Position numbers and translations under genes: made by a program
Assembly: GCA_032153965.1 (NCBI GenBank)
Contig: JALDYL010000007.1
Coordinates: 172 to 64,171, forward strand
Origin: Achromobacter sp.
Lineage (GTDB): Bacteria > Pseudomonadota > Gammaproteobacteria > Burkholderiales > Burkholderiaceae_B
DNA: 64,000 nucleotides
Direction of reading: 5' to 3'
In this document: piece by piece, positions 46,770 to 56,052 of the stretch
Layout of the letters: every line of letters starts with the position of its first letter
How positions within the stretch are numbered: the first letter of the stretch is position 1
Notes under the pieces: generated by a model
What the model was told of the DNA's origin: nothing
Database searches by the model: none
Seen by the model: only the letters and a program-made list of their open reading frames with translations

Positions 46770-47545
46770 GCCAGACTGACACCCCCGACAGCCTCGCCGG
46801 CAAGACTGCGCTAGTCACCGGCGCCAGCCGCGGCATCGGCCGCGCCATCGCGCTGGCCCTGGGCCGGCGCGGCGCGCGCGTCGCCGTGCACTACCACAGC
46901 GCTGGCGATGCCGCCGACGAGGTCGTGCGCCAAATCCAGGCAGCGGGCGGGCAAGCCTGGGCCTTGCAAGCCGACCTGTCGCAAGCGGACGCCGCAGCAG
47001 TGTTGGCGCGGGACTTGCGCGCCTCGCTCAAGGAGCGCTACGCCGACGACGGCCTGGACATCCTGGTCAACAACGCCGGCGTGGGACTGCGCGCCCGCCT
47101 GCCGGAAGTCACCCCGGACGCGTTCGACCGGGTGCTGCAAGTCAATCTGAAGACCCCCTTCTTCCTGATCCAGCAGACCCTGCCCTTCCTGCGCGACCAT
47201 GGCCGCATCGTCAACGTGTCATCCATGGGCACCCGCGCCGCCTATCCGGAAATGAGCGTCTACGCGCCCGCCAAGGCCGGTCTGGAAGCGTTGACGCTGC
47301 TGCTCGCCAACGAACTCGGCGCACGCGGCATCACCATCAATGCGGTGCTGCCCGGCGCCACGGCCACCGACCTCAATGCCCGCGCCCGCGATCCCGAGCA
47401 AAGCAAGGTCATCGCCAAGACGATTGCATTGGGGCGCGTGGGACAGCCTGAGGATATTGCGGACATCGTCGCCTTTCTGGCGTCGCATGAGGGGCGCTGG
47501 ATTACGGGGCAGAGTATCGATGCGACCGGCGGGCAGCGGCTGTAA
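46766..47545 (+). CDS. Short-chain dehydrogenase/reductase
   Basis: TGASRGIG, NNAG, YAPAK; ATG 46766 overlaps the ligase stop. Confidence 0.9.
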   Translation: MSQTDTPDSLAGKTALVTGASRGIGRAIALALGRRGARVAVHYHSAGDAADEVVRQIQAAGGQAWALQADLSQADAAAVLARDLRASLKERYADDGLDILVNNAGVGLRARLPEVTPDAFDRVLQVNLKTPFFLIQQTLPFLRDHGRIVNVSSMGTRAAYPEMSVYAPAKAGLEALTLLLANELGARGITINAVLPGATATDLNARARDPEQSKVIAKTIALGRVGQPEDIADIVAFLASHEGRWITGQSIDATGGQRL

Positions 47546-47578
47546 GTCACGCTCCGCTGGCCGCGCCCCTGCATCGAA

Positions 47579-48097
47579 TCATGCAAGCGGCCTGTGCAAG
47601 ATGCTTTCGTACTGAAGCAGGTCTTCTGCTGAAAAGCAGCAGAAGATCACCTCCTGTATGGAGGAATCCTCAGCCAGGCTTTCGCGGACGCTTTTTACGG
47701 CCACTTCCGTCGCCAACTGGATGGGATACCCATATACCCCCGTGCTGATGCTGGGGAACGCAATCGACTTGACCGCCCGTTCTTGCGCCAGCTCTATGCA
47801 CCGGCGATAGCAGCTGGCCAGCAGCGCCGGTTCCCCGCTATCGCCGCCCCGCCATACCGGCCCCACCGCGTGGATGATGTACTGCGCGGATAGGCGATAG
47901 GCCCTGGTCACCTTCGCATCCCCCGTCTTGCAGCCGCCCAGCAAGCGACATTCATGCAGAAGATCCGGGCCCGCCGCGCGATGGATGGCGCCATCGACGC
48001 CGCCCCCGCCCAGCAATGAGGAGTTTGCGGCGTTGACGATGGCGTCCACCTGGAGCTTCGTGATATCTGAACGGATTGCGCGCAGGCTTGTGGACAT
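47579..48097 (-). CDS. ymdB: Macrodomain O-acetyl-ADP-ribose deacetylase
   Basis: [41 protein letters not shown]. Confidence 0.92.
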   Translation of the reverse strand: MSTSLRAIRSDITKLQVDAIVNAANSSLLGGGGVDGAIHRAAGPDLLHECRLLGGCKTGDAKVTRAYRLSAQYIIHAVGPVWRGGDSGEPALLASCYRRCIELAQERAVKSIAFPSISTGVYGYPIQLATEVAVKSVRESLAEDSSIQEVIFCCFSAEDLLQYESILHRPLA

Positions 48098-48279
48098 GAT
48101 CTTGCTCCTTGCGGTACGGGCGCCGCGGCGGGTCTAACAGGCGGTCTTCCTGGCAGCCAGTGTCCCCATGAAGAACTCATCACGCTTGCCGGCCCCAACG
48201 GATTGGACTACTGGTGTCAGTCTACAATTCCGCCGACCTAATACGCTCAAAAATTCGCTGATTGACACCGCTACCCCAC

Positions 48280-49206
48280 ATGCAACGACGCCTTCTGAAT
48301 GCCCTGTTGATTGCCCTCCTCGTCAGCGTTGGCGTGCCTGGCGGCCCGGCGCAAGCCCAGCCCCAATCGACGCCAAAGATACAACCTGGCGAGGGCCGCC
48401 CATACGAAATCGCCGATAGCGAAGTATGGGATGTGCCCGATCCCGTGTCGGGCCGCGGCTATCAGGTCTACGTCGCCTTGCCGCCGTCCTACGCGAAGCA
48501 GCCGCAGCGGCGCTACCCCGTGCTGTATGTGACCGACGCCGACTATGCCTTCCCGATCATCCGGCAGTTGGCGCGCCGCCTGAACGTGGAGGGACCGCAG
48601 ATCGAGGAATTCATTCTTGTCGGCCTGTCATATGGCAAGGGCGAGGATGGCGGAGTCAGCCGCCAGCGCGACTACACGCCTACACCGAACGGCCCAAGCA
48701 CCGCGCCGGCCAAAGCGGTCCATGGCCAGGCGCGTGCGTATCAAGCGTATCTGCGCGATCAGGTAAAGCCATACATCACCACGCGCTACCGGACCGATCC
48801 GGCCAGAGCCCTCTTTCTCGGCCACTCCTATGGGGCGCTGCTGGGGACACAGATCCTGTTCACCGAGCCCGGCATGTTCAACGGCTATGTCCTCGGCAGC
48901 CCGTCTCTCTGGTATGACAAACGGCATGCCATGAAGCTGGAAGCGCGCTATGCCCAGCAGCATCGGGACCTGACGGCGAATGTCTATCTTTATGTCGGCG
49001 CCTACGAAGCCCTGCGCAAAGGTGACCGGCGCTACAACCAGACAGTGGACATGGTCGCCGACAACCGGGCGCTGGAGGCGGCATTGGAAGGCCGGAAATA
49101 TCCGGGCCTGAAACTGAAGTCCGTGGTCCTGAATGACGAGGACCATCTCACCGTGGCGCCGCGTGGCTTCATGCAGGCTCTGAGATATCTGCTGCCGGTG
49201 CGTTGA
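48280..49206 (+). CDS. Exported alpha/beta hydrolase (IroE/BesA-like esterase)
   Basis: Signal peptide; YPVLYVTD, RQRDYTP, GHSYGAL, SPSLW, EDH. Confidence 0.85.
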   Translation: MQRRLLNALLIALLVSVGVPGGPAQAQPQSTPKIQPGEGRPYEIADSEVWDVPDPVSGRGYQVYVALPPSYAKQPQRRYPVLYVTDADYAFPIIRQLARRLNVEGPQIEEFILVGLSYGKGEDGGVSRQRDYTPTPNGPSTAPAKAVHGQARAYQAYLRDQVKPYITTRYRTDPARALFLGHSYGALLGTQILFTEPGMFNGYVLGSPSLWYDKRHAMKLEARYAQQHRDLTANVYLYVGAYEALRKGDRRYNQTVDMVADNRALEAALEGRKYPGLKLKSVVLNDEDHLTVAPRGFMQALRYLLPVR

Positions 49207-49236
49207 CTAAACACAGGGATCCGACCTGCGCCAGCC

Positions 49237-49647
49237 CTAGATCGCAGGGCCCTTCAGTTCGATCTGATTGCCGTCGGGATCAAAGCAATAGATCGAAAGC
49301 CCTTCTCCTTCCGCGCCATATCGCATCACGGCCTTGTCCGCCGTAATGCCGAAAGTTCGCAGATGCTCGAGGATGGCCGTTTCATCGAACGGCTCGACGC
49401 GTAGACAGAAGTGGTCCAGGTTGTGCCGGTCTTTCCCTGGCGCTGCCCCGCCCGCGGCGCCCAGAGGCCCTTGCACATCAACCAGATCGATCATGGAGCC
49501 GCCGGCGCCCAGATGGATCATTGCGTACTCATCGTTCTTCTTCTTGATCTGGCAGCCCAGTACTTTCGTATAGAAGTCCACGCTACGCGCCAGGTCCTGA
49601 ACCCTGAGCACGACGTGGTCCAAGTGCTTGATCTGAAACGCCGTCAT
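49237..49647 (-). CDS. VOC-family protein
   Basis: LDHVVLRV, FYTKVLG, DHFCL, GAEG...SIY..DPDGNQIELK; ATG 49647. Confidence 0.85.
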   Translation of the reverse strand: MTAFQIKHLDHVVLRVQDLARSVDFYTKVLGCQIKKKNDEYAMIHLGAGGSMIDLVDVQGPLGAAGGAAPGKDRHNLDHFCLRVEPFDETAILEHLRTFGITADKAVMRYGAEGEGLSIYCFDPDGNQIELKGPAI

Positions 49648-49785
49648 GATGATGCTCCTGGGCCGAGAGTCTGGGTTAGATATAGTCCAACTCCATACGT
49701 ATTGATGGCTGTAGCGACGCTGCATCAGGGAAGACATGGTCGCCACGCCCATCAGGATGGGAGGATTCCTAGTCTACCGCGCCAG

Positions 49786-50679
49786 CTAGAACCGGTTCAG
49801 CTTCAGCCCGGCGGCCAGATAATCGACAAAAGCGCGCACCTTGGCAGGCGGCAGCCTGTGCTCCTGCCAAAGCACGTGTATGGGCACCGGCTTGGACTCG
49901 AACTCTTCGAGTATGACCTCCACCTGACCCGCATCCAGCAGGTGCCTGATCTGCCATAGCGGCGAATAGCCGATCCCGAGCCCGGCGCTGACGGCGGAGT
50001 AGATCGCCGCCATCGTGTTGGTCCGGAACGGACCGCGAACCCCGACGCTGCGCCGCTTGCCTTCCATCTCAAAGGCCCACTGCCCCGAGCGTTGATCGAG
50101 GGTCCTGACAATACAGGCGTGCTGCCGCAGGTCCGAAGGATGCGCGGGACGGCCATGCTCTTCGAAATAGGAAGGCGCTCCGAACACGACTCTGCGCAGG
50201 GCTCCCAATCGCCTTCCCTGCAAACCAGAATCCGGCAGGTCGCCGATGCGCACGACCAAGTCCAGGCCCGCGGCGGCAAGATCGACAAAAGAATCCGTCA
50301 GTTGCAGATCGACCTCGACCTGCGGATATGCGCGCATGTACTCCGCGATGATGGGAACCAGGAAGTCCGGGCCGAACAGCACCGGGGCGCCCACGCGCAA
50401 TATGCCCGACGGCGCGGCTCTACGATTTGCGACCTCGAGCCGAGCCTCGCCGATTTCCTCCATCGCCGGCTTGACCCGCCGAAAGAAGGCCTCGCCCGCT
50501 TCGCTGAGCGAGGAATGCCGCGTGGTGCGATGGACCAGCTGCACCCCCACGTCTTCTTCCAGCGCTGCCAGAGAACGGCTGACAGCCTGCAGCGAGCGGC
50601 TGAGATGGCGTGCGGCTTTCGTCAGGCTTCCCGTTTCAGCGATGTGGATGAACGCTTCCAGGTCTTCGAGGCGACTCAT
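49786..50679 (-). CDS. LysR-family regulator (CrgA-like)
   Basis: GSLTKAA, LVHRTTR..SL.EAG, DLVVRIG.LPDS, KVRAFVD. Confidence 0.92.
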   Translation of the reverse strand: MSRLEDLEAFIHIAETGSLTKAARHLSRSLQAVSRSLAALEEDVGVQLVHRTTRHSSLSEAGEAFFRRVKPAMEEIGEARLEVANRRAAPSGILRVGAPVLFGPDFLVPIIAEYMRAYPQVEVDLQLTDSFVDLAAAGLDLVVRIGDLPDSGLQGRRLGALRRVVFGAPSYFEEHGRPAHPSDLRQHACIVRTLDQRSGQWAFEMEGKRRSVGVRGPFRTNTMAAIYSAVSAGLGIGYSPLWQIRHLLDAGQVEVILEEFESKPVPIHVLWQEHRLPPAKVRAFVDYLAAGLKLNRF

Positions 50680-50788
50680 TATTTATCTCGGATATTGTGA
50701 TTCACTTTGACTTTCTACGAGTATTGTTCCACCAAACGGTAGAAAATACACTGCCTTCGTACTCACACGCATACGAAGGAGAAACCCT

Positions 50789-51694
50789 GTGAACGGCACT
50801 CAGCCTATCGTTCTGGTGGTCGGCGCCACCGGCAAATTCGCCAGCCTGGTGGTTCCCGAATTGCAGCGGCGCAAGATCGCGGTCCGGGCGCTCGTCCGCG
50901 ACGAAACACGCGCCGCCCGGGCCCGCTCGCTGGGCGCGACCGAGACCGCCCTAGGAGACCTCCGCGACGTCGACAGCCTCGCGGCCGCGACGCAAGGCGT
51001 GGACGGCGTCTTTCATATCGGCCCCGCGTTCACCGCCGACGAAGCGCCCATGGGCGTTGCCCTGGTCGACGCGGCCAAGCGCAGCGGCGTGAGGAAGTTC
51101 GTCTTTTCATCGGTCATCCAGCCGACGAACGTGCGCCTGGCCAATCACGCCAGCAAGATCCCGGTGGAGGACGCGCTCTACTCGTCTGGGCTGGAATACA
51201 CGATCCTGCATCCCGCGAACTTCATGCAGAACATCGGTTTGGCCTGGCCGTCGATCCGCGACCATTCCAGCTTCGGCGAACCCTTTCCCAAGCACACAAG
51301 CATTGCTCGCGTGGACTATCGCGATGTGGCGGAGGTCGCGGCGATCGCGCTGACCGAAGACAGGCTGGCCTACGCGACCTTGGAGTTGTGCGCCGGCATG
51401 TACAGCCGCATGGATATCGTGGCGGCCTTGGGCGAGGAACTGGGATCTCCGGTTGCCGCGCTGGAGCCCGGTTTCAACGCATGGGCGGAAAGCGCGCGCC
51501 TGCCTTATGGCGATCTGCAACTGCGTCTGCTGTCCAAGGTTTTCGATCACTATCGGGCCTGGGGGCTCGGGGGCAACAGTCTTGCGCTGAAGGCTGCGCT
51601 TGGAAGGGACCCGCGCACACTGCGCGGCTACATCAAGGACCTGGTGGCCGAGAAACAATCCACGCCCGGCCGCAAGGAGCATCGACATGCCTGA
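50789..51694 (+). CDS. NmrA-like NAD(P)-binding protein (atypical SDR)
   Basis: VVGATG, VRALVR, GDLRD, FVFSS, H...K..VE, YTILHP..FMQN. Confidence 0.87.
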   Translation: MNGTQPIVLVVGATGKFASLVVPELQRRKIAVRALVRDETRAARARSLGATETALGDLRDVDSLAAATQGVDGVFHIGPAFTADEAPMGVALVDAAKRSGVRKFVFSSVIQPTNVRLANHASKIPVEDALYSSGLEYTILHPANFMQNIGLAWPSIRDHSSFGEPFPKHTSIARVDYRDVAEVAAIALTEDRLAYATLELCAGMYSRMDIVAALGEELGSPVAALEPGFNAWAESARLPYGDLQLRLLSKVFDHYRAWGLGGNSLALKAALGRDPRTLRGYIKDLVAEKQSTPGRKEHRHA

Positions 51695-51947
51695 GCACAT
51701 GCCCGAACCCGTCCGAAAAAGACTCCCGCAGCGCTATGCCCCCTTCCTGATGCCGCTGGTTCTTTCGGTGTTCATGTCGGCCATCGTTTCAGCGGTGGCG
51801 ACCGCCGCGAGCGTGGGTGTGGGCCCCGACTTTGTCGTCAGCTGGCCCAGCGCCTGGGGGGCCTCCTGGATCGTGGCCTTTCCCAGCCTTTTGCTGCTGC
51901 TGCCCGTCGTGCGGCGGATAGTCGCCTGGATGGTGGTCCAGCCCTAG
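51687..51947 (+). CDS. DUF2798-family small membrane protein
   Basis: LS.FMS.IVS...W...W..SW.VAFP...LLP.VRR. Confidence 0.78.
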   Translation: MPEHMPEPVRKRLPQRYAPFLMPLVLSVFMSAIVSAVATAASVGVGPDFVVSWPSAWGASWIVAFPSLLLLLPVVRRIVAWMVVQP

Positions 51948-51993
51948 GCTGGGCAGCGCCAGCATGAACCCTGCGTGGCCGCGCCTGCGTGCG

Positions 51994-52623
51994 TCAAGCG
52001 GCCGGCCACGCAAGCATCGCGGCATCGATGATCATATTGAGCTTCTTCACGCCCGCGCCGTCGCGGGCCTGGATCGACAGGCCTTCGAGCACGGTCGTGT
52101 AGAAGGCGGCAAGCTGATGGACATCGGCGGACGGCGGGAGGTCGCCCTGCGCGATGCCTTGCGAGAGACGTTTCCTCAGCATCGATTCCCCGTCCTCCCG
52201 GTTTGCGGCAAGAAACGCGCGCACGCCCTCGTTCTCGGGCGCGCCCAGCAGCGAAGACAACACGATCATGCAGCCACGCGGCCCCTCGGCAACGGCATAG
52301 GCGCGCGCGTTCGATCGCAGCATGGTTTCGACGGCCTCGCGGGCCGTCCGCGCCGCGCTGAGGCTCTGCGACGTCGCTCGCCCCTCGACCCGGTCGTAAA
52401 GCTCGACGGCCTGCCGGAAGATCTCTTCCTTGCAACCGAAGGTGGCATAGAGGCTGGGCTTGTTGACGCCCGTGGCGCTGACGAGATCCTGGATGGAGGT
52501 GCCCTCATAACCCTGCGTCCAGAAGGTGCGCATGGCCGCCAGCAGGGCCAGGTCTTTGTCGAACGCCTTCGGACGCCCGATTTTCGGCGCGGGAGCCGAT
52601 TTTTCTCGATTGCCAGAATTCAC
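51994..52623 (-). CDS. TetR/AcrR-family regulator (ComR/BdcR/NemR-like)
   Basis: GRPK.FD, FW..GYEGTS..DL....GV..PSLY..FG.KE, GCM, GLSIQARDG. Confidence 0.9.
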   Translation of the reverse strand: MNSGNREKSAPAPKIGRPKAFDKDLALLAAMRTFWTQGYEGTSIQDLVSATGVNKPSLYATFGCKEEIFRQAVELYDRVEGRATSQSLSAARTAREAVETMLRSNARAYAVAEGPRGCMIVLSSLLGAPENEGVRAFLAANREDGESMLRKRLSQGIAQGDLPPSADVHQLAAFYTTVLEGLSIQARDGAGVKKLNMIIDAAMLAWPAA

Positions 52624-52937
52624 GATTCAATTATCCGCAGGCCCGCTACGCCCATACCTATCAACCCCAGGAACAACAGTTTGGCCCATGACATCTGCTC
52701 GCCAAGCACCAATGTACCGAAAACCGCCACGCCGAAAGCGCCGATGCCCACCCAGATGGCGTAAGCGGTACCCACCGGCAGCTGCTTCAGGGCCAAGGCC
52801 AGCAGGACGAGACTCAGCATGGCGACGCTTATGCCGATCAGGCTCGGCCAGAACCTCGTCAATCCGTCGGCCTGCTTCAGCGCCAATGCCCAGACGATTT
52901 CAAGCATGCCGGCCAAAACCAGGAAACCCCATGCCAT
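52620..52937 (-). CDS. sugE: SMR-family efflux protein, SugE/Gdx-like
   Basis: 105 aa, MAW..L..AG.LE..WA..LK, LPVGTAYAIWVGIG. Confidence 0.82.
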   Translation of the reverse strand: MAWGFLVLAGMLEIVWALALKQADGLTRFWPSLIGISVAMLSLVLLALALKQLPVGTAYAIWVGIGAFGVAVFGTLVLGEQMSWAKLLFLGLIGMGVAGLRIIES

Positions 52938-52971
52938 CTGAATCCCCATTCTTGTTCGTCTTTCCGAACCG

Positions 52972-53709
52972 CTAGGCCGTGAAGCCGCCATCGATGGCGA
53001 GCGATGCGCCGGTGATGAACTGGCTCTCGGCCGCCGCAAGATAAGCCACGGCAGCGGCAATTTCCGCGGGTTCGGCGTAGCGCTTTACCGCCATGAGTTC
53101 CAGCTCGGCGGCTACCGCCGGGCCATCGGCGGGATTCATGTCGGTGTCGGTCGATCCCGGATCGACGATATTGACCGTAATGCCGCGGCCGCCGACCTCG
53201 CGCGCCAGACCTTTGGTGAATCCGATGAGCGCGGACTTGCTCATCGCATAGAGCGTCACGCCCCCATAAGGCACGCGTTGCGCGAAACAGGAGCCGATGG
53301 AAATGATGCGCCCGCCGGTCCCCATATGAGCCAGCGCGGCCTGCGAGGCCACGAATACCGCCTTGGCGTGGATCGCCAGGGTGTCGTCGATTTCCTCGAG
53401 CGTGGCGTCCTCGACGGGCCCGTAGGGAAACACGCCGGCGCTATTGACCAGTATGTCCAGCCTGCCCAGTTCCCGGGCAGTCTGCTCCACCGCCGTCCGG
53501 ACGGCGGCCGGATCGCGGCTGTCCGCCTTGATGGCCAGGATCTTGGCGCCGCTTTTGCCAAGTTCGCGGGCGTGGTCTTTTGCCGCCTGATCCGACCTGG
53601 CATAGGTGAAGGCGACATCGGCGCCCCGTTCCGCGAACCTGCGAACGATAGCGGCGCCGATGCCACGCGTGCCCCCGGTCACCAGCGCAACCTTGCCTTG
53701 GAATTCCAT
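52972..53709 (-). CDS. Short-chain dehydrogenase/reductase (BdcA-like)
   Basis: TGGTRGIG, VAFTY, YAMSK, PG.TDTDMNPADG. Confidence 0.9.
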   Translation of the reverse strand: MEFQGKVALVTGGTRGIGAAIVRRFAERGADVAFTYARSDQAAKDHARELGKSGAKILAIKADSRDPAAVRTAVEQTARELGRLDILVNSAGVFPYGPVEDATLEEIDDTLAIHAKAVFVASQAALAHMGTGGRIISIGSCFAQRVPYGGVTLYAMSKSALIGFTKGLAREVGGRGITVNIVDPGSTDTDMNPADGPAVAAELELMAVKRYAEPAEIAAAVAYLAAAESQFITGASLAIDGGFTA

Positions 53710-53720
53710 CGCCAAGCTCC

Positions 53721-53742
53721 TTTTATACCGATCGGTTCAAAA
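53721..53742. promoter_or_regulatory. TetR operator upstream of the SDR-SMR-TetR operon
   Basis: TTTTATACCGATCGGTTCAAAA, 22-bp imperfect palindrome with perfect core ACCGATCGGT next to the RBS. Confidence 0.7.
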
Positions 53743-53775
53743 GATGCTACCCGCAGCGGAATTCGTCGTCAAGCA

Positions 53776-54981
53776 TCACTTCCCGCGGATATACCCGTCC
53801 CGCGTTTGCGGCAGCTTCATCCCGAGCACCGCGGAAGCGACCTGGGTGCGCAGGATCTGCGCCGTGCCGCCCGCGATGGTGAACATGCGCGCATCGCGCA
53901 CGTGCCGTTCCATCGGCAGGTCGCGCCCGTAGCCGGACGAGCCATGCAGTTGCAAGGCGTCGTTGGTCACGCGCTGCGCGGTTTCGGCCGCAAAGATCTT
54001 GGCCTGCGCGGCCAGCGACAGGTCCGGAAAGCCGAAAGTCCGCGACGTGCCGCTGCTTGCGGCCGCGTGCAGCATGTGCCGCGCGGCATTCAGCTGGATC
54101 GCCATGTCGGCAACCATCCACTGCAAGCCCTGGAACTCCGCTATCGGCCGGCCGAACTGCTGGCGCTGCTTGACGTAGTCGACGGCTTCGTCAAAAGCGC
54201 CCTGCGCGATGCCCAGCGCCACGGTGCCCGCGCCCACGCGCTGGGCGTTGTAGGCTTGCATCAGGCCGGCAAAGCCGCGCTTCAAGCCCTCCGGCGGGAT
54301 CACCAGCATGGACTTGTGCACCTTGAGGTCGCGGAACTTGATATAGGTCTCGGGTATGCCCCGCACGCCCATGGCGTAGGAGCGCTTGGCGATTTCCAGG
54401 CCATCGTCCGCGGCGTCCGGCTCGCGCACGTGGATGAAGGCGCCTATGCCCAGGTCCACGCCATCGTCGAACACGCGCGCAAAGATCAGGTGCAGGCGCG
54501 ACACCCCGCCTCCGGTGATCCAGTATTTCTCGCCGTTGATGAGGTAGTCGTCGCCCTGGCGGACGGCGCGGGTGCCCATTTCACTGGCCGCGCTGCCGGC
54601 CTGGGGCTCCGAGATGCAGATGGCGGGCTTGTCGCCCGCCAGCACGCAGCCGGCGGCCAGCGTCTTCTGTTCATGGCTGCCGTACTGCATGATGGCGCCG
54701 ATTGCACCCATATTGGCTTCGACCGTGATACGCCCCATGGTGGCGCAGGCCTGGGCCATTTGCTCCACGACCAGCACGGTATCGAGATAGCCCAGGCCCT
54801 GTCCGCCGTATTCTCGCGGGATCGTCATGCCCATGAAGCCGGCCTCGCGCAGCAGGCCCACATTGTCCCAGGGATACTGCTCGGATTGATCGGTGGCCGC
54901 GGCCGTCGGTTTGAATACGGCCTGCGCCAGTTCGCGCGCGCGCTGCTGCAGCGCCAATTGCTCTTGGGAAAGTTCAGTCAT
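53776..54981 (-). CDS. acdA: 3-sulfinopropionyl-CoA desulfinase (acyl-CoA dehydrogenase fold)
   Basis: Closely matches my recollection of Advenella AcdA: EQYPWDNV, ACATMGRITV, GDKPAICISEP, AYNAQRVGAG, MKLPQTRDGY; lacks the catalytic Glu of true ACADs (IAGGT). Confidence 0.85.
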   Translation of the reverse strand: MTELSQEQLALQQRARELAQAVFKPTAAATDQSEQYPWDNVGLLREAGFMGMTIPREYGGQGLGYLDTVLVVEQMAQACATMGRITVEANMGAIGAIMQYGSHEQKTLAAGCVLAGDKPAICISEPQAGSAASEMGTRAVRQGDDYLINGEKYWITGGGVSRLHLIFARVFDDGVDLGIGAFIHVREPDAADDGLEIAKRSYAMGVRGIPETYIKFRDLKVHKSMLVIPPEGLKRGFAGLMQAYNAQRVGAGTVALGIAQGAFDEAVDYVKQRQQFGRPIAEFQGLQWMVADMAIQLNAARHMLHAAASSGTSRTFGFPDLSLAAQAKIFAAETAQRVTNDALQLHGSSGYGRDLPMERHVRDARMFTIAGGTAQILRTQVASAVLGMKLPQTRDGYIRGK

Positions 54982-55034
54982 GGTTCATCCTTGCTACGTG
55001 CAAAACTCCGGCCGGGCCGCCTGGCCCGCCGGCA

Positions 55035-55994
55035 TCAACCCACCTTGATATCGGCGCGCCGCGCCACCTCGGCCCAGCGTTCGACCTCGCTGCGCGTCAG
55101 CGCCGCCAGTTCTTGGGGCGTGCCTCCGCCCGCATCGGCGCCCAGCGCGATCCAGCGCTGCACGAAAGCCGGGTCGGCGAACGCGGCATTGACCGCCGCG
55201 TTGAGCACCCGCACCACGTCCGCCGGCGTGGACGGCGGCGCATAAATGCCGTACCAGCTGGTCGCGTCGTAGTTGGCCGCGCCGCTCTCCGCCGCCGTGG
55301 GCACATCGGGCAGGCTGGGCGAGCGCACCTTGGACGTCACCGCGATCGCGCGCACGCTGCCGGCCCGGATGTGCTGTATCGCCGAAGGCATGGTTTCGAA
55401 CATCATGTGGACGTTCCCGGCAATGATGTCCACGATCGCCGGCGCCGAGCCGCGGTAAGGCACGTGCATCATCTGGGTGCCGGTGACGTTCTTGAAGTAC
55501 TCGGCCATCAGGTGCTGCATGGTGCCCGCGCCCGGCGTGGCATAGCTGTACTTGTCCGGATTGGCCTTCAGCAGCGCCACCAGTTCCTGCACATTCTGCG
55601 CGGGCAGATCCTTGTTGACGATCAGCGCATGGTTGACGCGTCCCAGAAAGCCTACCGCCGTCATCTCGCGGATGTCGTATCCCAGCTTTGGATACACCGA
55701 CTGGGCGATCGCGTGATGCACCGCGCCGAACAGGATCGCGTAACCATCGGGGCGGGCCTTGGCCACGGCGTCCGCGCCCAACGTGCCGCCGGCGCCGCCA
55801 CGGTTCTCCACGATGACCGACTGGGCCAGGCTGGCGCGCATCGGCTCGGCCAGCTGCCGCGACAGGATGTCCACGGTGCCGCCCGGCGCATAGGGCGCAA
55901 TCAACCTGATGCTCTGCGACGGATACTTGCCCTGCGCAAATGCGCGGCTCAATGGCGCCAATGCGGTCAGCGCCAACAACTGTCTCCTATCCAT
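55035..55994 (-). CDS. Bug/TctC substrate-binding protein
   Basis: MDRRQLL signal, PYAPGGTVD, VENRGGAGG, HVPYRG, PDVPT; ATG 55994. Confidence 0.92.
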   Translation of the reverse strand: MDRRQLLALTALAPLSRAFAQGKYPSQSIRLIAPYAPGGTVDILSRQLAEPMRASLAQSVIVENRGGAGGTLGADAVAKARPDGYAILFGAVHHAIAQSVYPKLGYDIREMTAVGFLGRVNHALIVNKDLPAQNVQELVALLKANPDKYSYATPGAGTMQHLMAEYFKNVTGTQMMHVPYRGSAPAIVDIIAGNVHMMFETMPSAIQHIRAGSVRAIAVTSKVRSPSLPDVPTAAESGAANYDATSWYGIYAPPSTPADVVRVLNAAVNAAFADPAFVQRWIALGADAGGGTPQELAALTRSEVERWAEVARRADIKVG

Positions 55995-56052
55995 GCCTCT
56001 CTCCTCTTGTGTCCGCCCTCGTGCGGGACGGTGTTGTCTAAGGTACGTGACG

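Noticed and set aside
52938-52971. Guanidine riboswitch upstream of the sugE-like gene
   Set aside because: Only about 35 bp separate it from the SDR stop; no room for, or sign of, the paired ACGR hairpins or a ykkC motif
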